Shown here: positions 1 through 6,000 of the stretch, one piece after another | How the letters are laid out: every line of letters begins with the position of its first letter | Position numbering within the stretch: position 1 is the first letter of the stretch | From: an uncultured archaeon | GTDB lineage: Archaea > Iainarchaeota > Iainarchaeia > Iainarchaeales > CSSED10-239 | Reading direction: 5' to 3' | Length of the DNA: 7,577 bases | Assembly (NCBI GenBank): GCA_964468895.1 | Contig: CAYXWT010000021.1 | Coordinates: 5,323 to 12,899 of the forward strand | Position numbers and translations under genes: made by a program | The notes under the pieces: model-generated | The model's input: the letters and a program-made list of their open reading frames with translations, nothing else | Databases searched by the model: none | What the model was told of the DNA's origin: nothing

Positions 1-12
1 AATGTGAAAAAT

Positions 13-3000
13 ATGTCTTTTGCTGATAAATATCAAGAATTTTTAGAAAAAATAAATAATAGAATTCCTATCAAAGGAATTACTAATAAATTAGATTCAA
101 AAAATAAATTGATTTCTTTTTATATTTTTATTATATTAATAGTAATTATAATTTTATTAATATTTAAGCCATTTTCTTTATTTAATGATCCAATTCCTAA
201 TTATAATGATGTTAGTTTCAAGTTAGCAGATAGTAATGGAAATTTACTTCCTAATTTTACATTTAAAATAAAAGATTTAGATTTAGATGAAATTCAACAA
301 TATGCTACAGATAATACTGGTGAAACAAAGGTCACTTTAGATGTTTCTAAATTATATGAATTTCAAGTTGAAAAACCAGGTTTTGAATCAAAAGTACAAG
401 ATGTAGATCCAAATGAATTAAATTATAATATTATTTTACAAATATTTAATTTAACAACTGAAACTACAAGAGTTTTAAGTTTTGTAGATCCAAAAACTGG
501 TGAATTAATAACTGAAGATATGCAAGTAACTTTAAGTTGTGAAAACAGAGAGTATGTGGTTTCACCACAAAGTAATCAAGTAAATGGATCTTATGAAGTA
601 AGTGTTCCTTTAGATTGTGGTAATTTAATGGTTAGTGCTCATAGTGATAATTATGAAATTAATAGTGTTCCTGTTTCTGAAACTAATAGTATAGTTGAAA
701 TGGATGAATTAGATATTGTAAGTAGTTTTGGAAGTTTACAAGTTATGACTCAAAGTGGAAATAATTTACTTACAAATATTAGAGTTATGGTTTATTCTGT
801 AAATGATTTAATAAATCATGTAAAAGTAGGAGATACTATTAGTGGGTCTATTAGATTTTCAGAAATTCCTATAGGAGATTATAAAATTATATGTGATGAT
901 ATTTCTGGAATTTATGCTTCAAGTGAAAAAGAAATTAATATTAAAAAAAATAAACTTAATGTAGAAATAATGGATTTAGTAACAGTAAATGGATCTGGAA
1001 ATTCTGGAGATGTTGATTCTAATATTACTACAAATCCTATAAATGTATTTTTAAAAGATTCTTTTACAGATTTAGAAATTACAGATACTTTGTTAAATCC
1101 CATTATATCATTAATAGATGGGAACCAAACAGTTTCTTATAAGATGTATACTCAAGGTGGAGTCACTTTTAATATTGAACCAAATAAAGATTATAGTATA
1201 AAAGTAGAAGTTGATAATTATCTTAATGTTAGTAAAGATATAACAACAGGTTTTGATAATATTGAGATATCTTTAGATCCAGTTACACCAGATAATTCTT
1301 CTGATATTTATGTAAATATAAAAGATGAAGATTTATTAGCTGTAAATAATTCTTATGTTTGGATTTATGATCAGGTTTGTGAGTATCAAGATGTTAGATA
1401 TTCACCAGTAGTAAGTGATAGTAATGGTCAAGCTTTGTTTGAAGATATAGCCATTGGAAATTATTGTTTAAAAACTATAAAGGGACCTATTAATGGAGTT
1501 AGTGATTCTTTTGAATTAATTGCAAATGATGATAGTAATGTAAGTTTAAATGTTTTTATAGGTCAAGGTACTATTAATTTAAATATTAAAAACAAATATG
1601 AAGATATTATTACTGGAGCAAATGTTGATGTTTATAATAGTGTAGATGAATTTATTGGTAGTGATTTTACTAATAATAGTGGTGTATTTAATCATAGTGT
1701 TAAAGCAGATAAAAAAATATATTTAAAAATTAGTAAAAGTGGATATTTAGATTATTATACTACTCTTTTAGAAATTTATGATAATAAAACAATTTCAAAA
1801 GATATTGTTTTAGAAAATATAACAACACCAGTTTTACCTGACATTAAATTTGATGGAATATATAATTCTGATAATCAAAAAGTAAATGTTTTATATCAAA
1901 ATAATTATTATACATATAAATTTAAAATTATAAATCCACTTGATGGAAGTTTTGGAATCAGATTTAATATTGGTGATGAATATTTAGTAAGTAATGATAT
2001 TGTTTATATTAAAGATATTTCAGAAAACTTTGAAAGTGTTGTTTATTATAATGATTCTAATTTTACAAATTTAGTGAATAGTAATATTCCTTCAAATTCA
2101 ATAGATGTTTATTGGCCTAGTTCTAGTTCTGCAGTTTATGAATTAGAAATTCCAATTAAGGTTAAAAATGCACTTTCTGGAAATGCTGTTCCTTTTAAAT
2201 ATTGGAGTTATAAAGATTTTATAATTGGAGATGAACATCAAGATGTTTATTATTTAGATACAGAAAGTTTATGTGGAAATGATTTTTGTATATCTGGACA
2301 ATATTATGATTTAGTTGATAATATAGTAACAGATATTGGTCAAGCTCCTATTATTTTTAAAATTAATAGTCCTTATAATTTGAAATATGAAATTACTAAT
2401 GCTTCTAGTAATTCTTATGAAAATCCTAAATTAATTTTAAAAAATAAAAATGTTGAAGGTGGTCAAGATCAATCTTTAGATTTTACGAGATCTAATATAA
2501 ATCAAATTACAAATAATACTTCACAATCTAATGTTTTTTATAGTTCAGAAAATTCAACTTTAGGTTCTCAAAATTTTATTTTACCATATAATGGTTTGTT
2601 TTTAGAATCTGATAAATTAAATGTTTATGATAACATTAACTTTGATTTAGATATTTTACCAATAGTATATGGTAATACAAAGATAAATCATGAAATTAGA
2701 TCTCAGCAAAGTATAGTTTATAATGATGATTTAGATATTGTAGTTTCAGAAGAGTTTGAAGATATGTATGTTAATTATTCACCACATAATATTGTTCCAA
2801 ATACTAATTTTGTATTAAACTTAAATATAAAAGATAAAGATGATTTGCCATTAAGTGATGTTATTGTTAATATTTCTAGTATATCTAATGGTAGAAAAAC
2901 AAATTTATCTGCTGGTTTATATACTAATTTAGAAGGTGTTCTAAACATAGATATTCCTGCTTTAGAAAATGGAGAAACTTTAGAAATACAAGCTACTAAA

Positions 3001-6000
3001 CCTTATTATCATACTGATCCTATAATAATAAATATTCAAGAAGATTTAATAGATATTTATAAAGACAATTCTTTAATTAGTGATGATAATCCTTTTGAAA
3101 TTAATATTAATAAAAATTTAATTACTGGTGTAGTTGAAACTATAACTTTAAAAAATAAAACTAATTATGATTTAGAATTAAATTTATTAAATTCTAAAGA
3201 TATTTCTTTTACGTATAATGATTATTTAAATTTAAATCAAACATTAAATTATATAAATAATAATATTGGTAATGTTGATTCACAAGAAAGTAATTTTATT
3301 ATTAATGCAAATTCAGAAAAGAATTTAGATATTAAATTAAGTCCAAGTACTTCAGCTCAAATACTAAACCAATCTTTAGATATTGCTGGTTCTATTAAGT
3401 TTAGTTTTTCTAAAGAAAACTCTAGTGCTAAGTATTTAGTAAATCTTCCAATAAAAAGTGTACTGTCTATTGGAGAAGGTGTTTTTAGAAATGATTGTTT
3501 AATAATAAGTGATATTCAAAATCCTTGGACTGGTATAGCTAGTTCTGGTGTTCCATTAATGTCACAATTTAAAATTATGAATGTTTGTAAAAGCTTTGAA
3601 AATTCTGCATTTCCAATAACTTTAAATAATATAAAAGTAAAAATTGTTCAACAAGAAGATAGATATGGTTATTATGATTTAACTATTGGAAATATTACTA
3701 AAAGATTAAGAGAAGGAGCTTATGAAGAAATTATAAATAATATTGAACCTAATAGAGAATATGTCGCAACTTTAAAATATACTCCTTTAAATGTAAAAAA
3801 AGGAAATATTTCTACTAAGATTTATTTTAATGGAGAAGTAGAAACTAATAATGGTTTAGAATTTGTAAATGCTGAAGAAGGAACTAGTTCAATGATAGAA
3901 ACTGAATTTAAAATTCTAAATCTAACAGATTGTATTGATTTTTATGATGGAACTAGAAAAATAAATGATGTTTTTGAAATTGGAGAAGATGTTTCGGAAA
4001 TAACTGGTACAAAAGAATTAACTCTAAAAAATAAATGTTCAGATATAGAAGATTTAAAAGTTGTTTTTTGTGAAAATTATGAAGAAGGTTGTCTAGATCT
4101 TTTAACTCTTGGTTTTGGAAATATGACTGGATCTAATAATAATGAATTAGATTTTAGTGTAGGTGAAAGCGAACAAGTAATAGATATTCCAAAGCCAGAA
4201 ATACCTGGTGCATATAAAATTACTGTTGATGTGTATGCTATTACTAATAATAATAGAAAAATAGCTGGTGGAGAAAAAAGATTAAAAATAAATGTTAAAG
4301 ATAGATTATTTACTGGTATTAAGAAAAATACAGATGCTCCATTTGTAGAAATGACTAAAACAACAATAGATGGAGAAGATTGTTATATTTCTGATGAAGT
4401 AATTTTATATAATAATGATCTTAATTATACACCTTGGCATTATGCTACTAGAAAATCTACTGAAAAAATTGGTTTTAGTAAATATATGGATGATTCAGAT
4501 GAAGCAATAGCAGTTCTTAAAAAGGTATATGGAACTGATCCTAATGATTATAATGATTCGTTTATAGGTAGTAATACTGAATTTTATAAACTTATAAAGT
4601 TTGAAAAATTAGAAGACTTAGATAATTCACATACTGGTGGAAATTTAGATAGTGGTTGGTGGAATTTTGGGGGTACTGTTTCAGGATTATCTGGAGTTTT
4701 AGGAGCGGTAGCTGGCTTAGCTGCTCCTGCAGTAGCAGGAACAGCAGCAATAGCAGCAACAACAACTACTACAATTGTAGCAACAGCAGCAGCAACAGCT
4801 ACTACTACAGTTGCAACTACAGCTGGGGCAGCTGTGGCTGGGACAGCAGCAGGAACTGGAATCTTTGCATCTGCTGGACCTGTACTTGCAAGTTTAGGGC
4901 CTTATGGTTGGGCAGCTTTGGGAGTGATTTCTATAGGTTGTTTTTTAGCAGATACTTTTGAAAATGATTATACTTGGGATGTGGATTATGAATTTGTAGA
5001 TTTAGATAGTTTATACACTTTGCCAGAATTAATTGATTCTAAAATAATCACTATAGAGAATACTGATCTTCAAGATGAAAGAATTGATGTGTTTGATATT
5101 ACTGGTGCTAGATTTATAAATTATTTAGAGGCGTATGGTTATACTACAAAAGGTGGTCAATCTGATAAACTTCTTAATGATCAAACTTTAGAAATGGATA
5201 TTCCTAAATGTAATGGTGCTGAACATAGATATTTATTAGATAATTTTGAATATATTACAAATAGTAAGAATTGTTCAAGTTCTTTTTCAAGTAAAGATAT
5301 TGGTGATGATTCTATAGTTTATAAAACTAAATGTTATGGTTCTTGGCCAAGAAATAAAATAACTTTAGAGGAATCATCTTATACAGCTTGTGCTTATGAT
5401 AAAGAAATTTGGCCAGAACAAGCTGGTTATAAACCTTTAATATTTAAAGTTACTAAAGAAAGTGATAGAGAAGCTTATGATATTTTAGAAAACGGGGGTA
5501 ATTTTTATAAAACTATTACATTTTATCCAGATTTAGATGATTCTACTCAAGATATAGATTATGCTTTTATAGGTGCAGTTCCTATAAATCAAGATGGTGA
5601 ATATAGATTCGAGTTACATGTTCAAGATGTACCTGAACAAGTAGATCCTGATCTTAATTATGTGGATTGTTATACTGATACAGGTATATATGGTAAAACT
5701 GGACTTGGTGCAGTTCCAAAAGTTAAATTTAATTGGGATTGGAGTAATATTGAACCAAATAATAATTGTCAAGATAGTTATTGTGATGCTACACAATTAA
5801 CTCAACAAATTTTATATAGAATATATAAAGCTAATAATTTAATAGATGAACAAAAGGATAAGATAGTATGCCCAAAAAGTAATAAAGAATTATTAGATGA
5901 ATCAAACGATGGCAGTTATGTTTTGTATACAGATAATGATTCTTTAGAAAATGAAGTTTTACCTTCAAAAGTTGGTATATCTAATATTAATCTAAGTACT

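Noticed and set aside
2-7. ATG at nt 2
   Set aside because: It is followed immediately by TGA (atg tga) in frame +2, so it is not a gene start.
943-950. Poly-A tracts (A8 at 943-950; A7 at 1711-1717 and 3795-3801) as phase-variation switches
   Set aside because: They are short and explained by adjacent AAA Lys/AAT Asn codons in a ~75% AT gene. There is no evidence of length heterogeneity from a single sequence.
912-1103. Track ORF, - strand, 63 aa
   Set aside because: It is antisense to the giant ORF, short, and has no independent coding signal. This is the expected size for a chance ORF opposite a long gene.
4681-4920. ~50% GC island as a horizontally acquired insertion or mobile element
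   Set aside because: The reading frame runs through it without interruption. I see no flanking direct or inverted repeats. Codon choice inside it is still the host style (Ala GCA/GCT, Thr ACA/ACT, Gly GGA/GGT, one CpG only). The GC rise is forced by the amino-acid composition, since Ala, Gly and Thr codons are GC-rich at positions 1-2.
4924-4941. Lipobox-like VISIGC at the end of the hydrophobic segment
   Set aside because: The -3 position is Ser rather than Leu/Val/Ile. The motif also lies about 1,640 residues from the N-terminus, so it cannot act as a signal peptidase II site.
4656-4961. Track ORF, + strand frame +3, 101 aa (MVEFWGYCFRIIWSFRSGSW...)
   Set aside because: It lies wholly inside the giant frame +1 ORF and coincides with the GC-rich triplet-repeat island, where A/T-rich stop codons are simply scarce in every frame. 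Its translation is Ser/Asn/Cys/Tyr low-complexity. Codon third positions follow frame +1, not this frame.
5683-5700. P-loop-like GIYGKT
   Set aside because: The spacing is G-x-x-G-K-T, not the Walker A [AG]-x4-G-K-[ST]. The residue five positions before the Gly-Lys is Asp, and no Walker B context is evident.
5614-5796. Track ORF, - strand, 60 aa
   Set aside because: It is antisense to the giant ORF. Its Ile/Thr/Asn-rich translation is the mirror image of the sense-strand codon bias, so it is a chance ORF.
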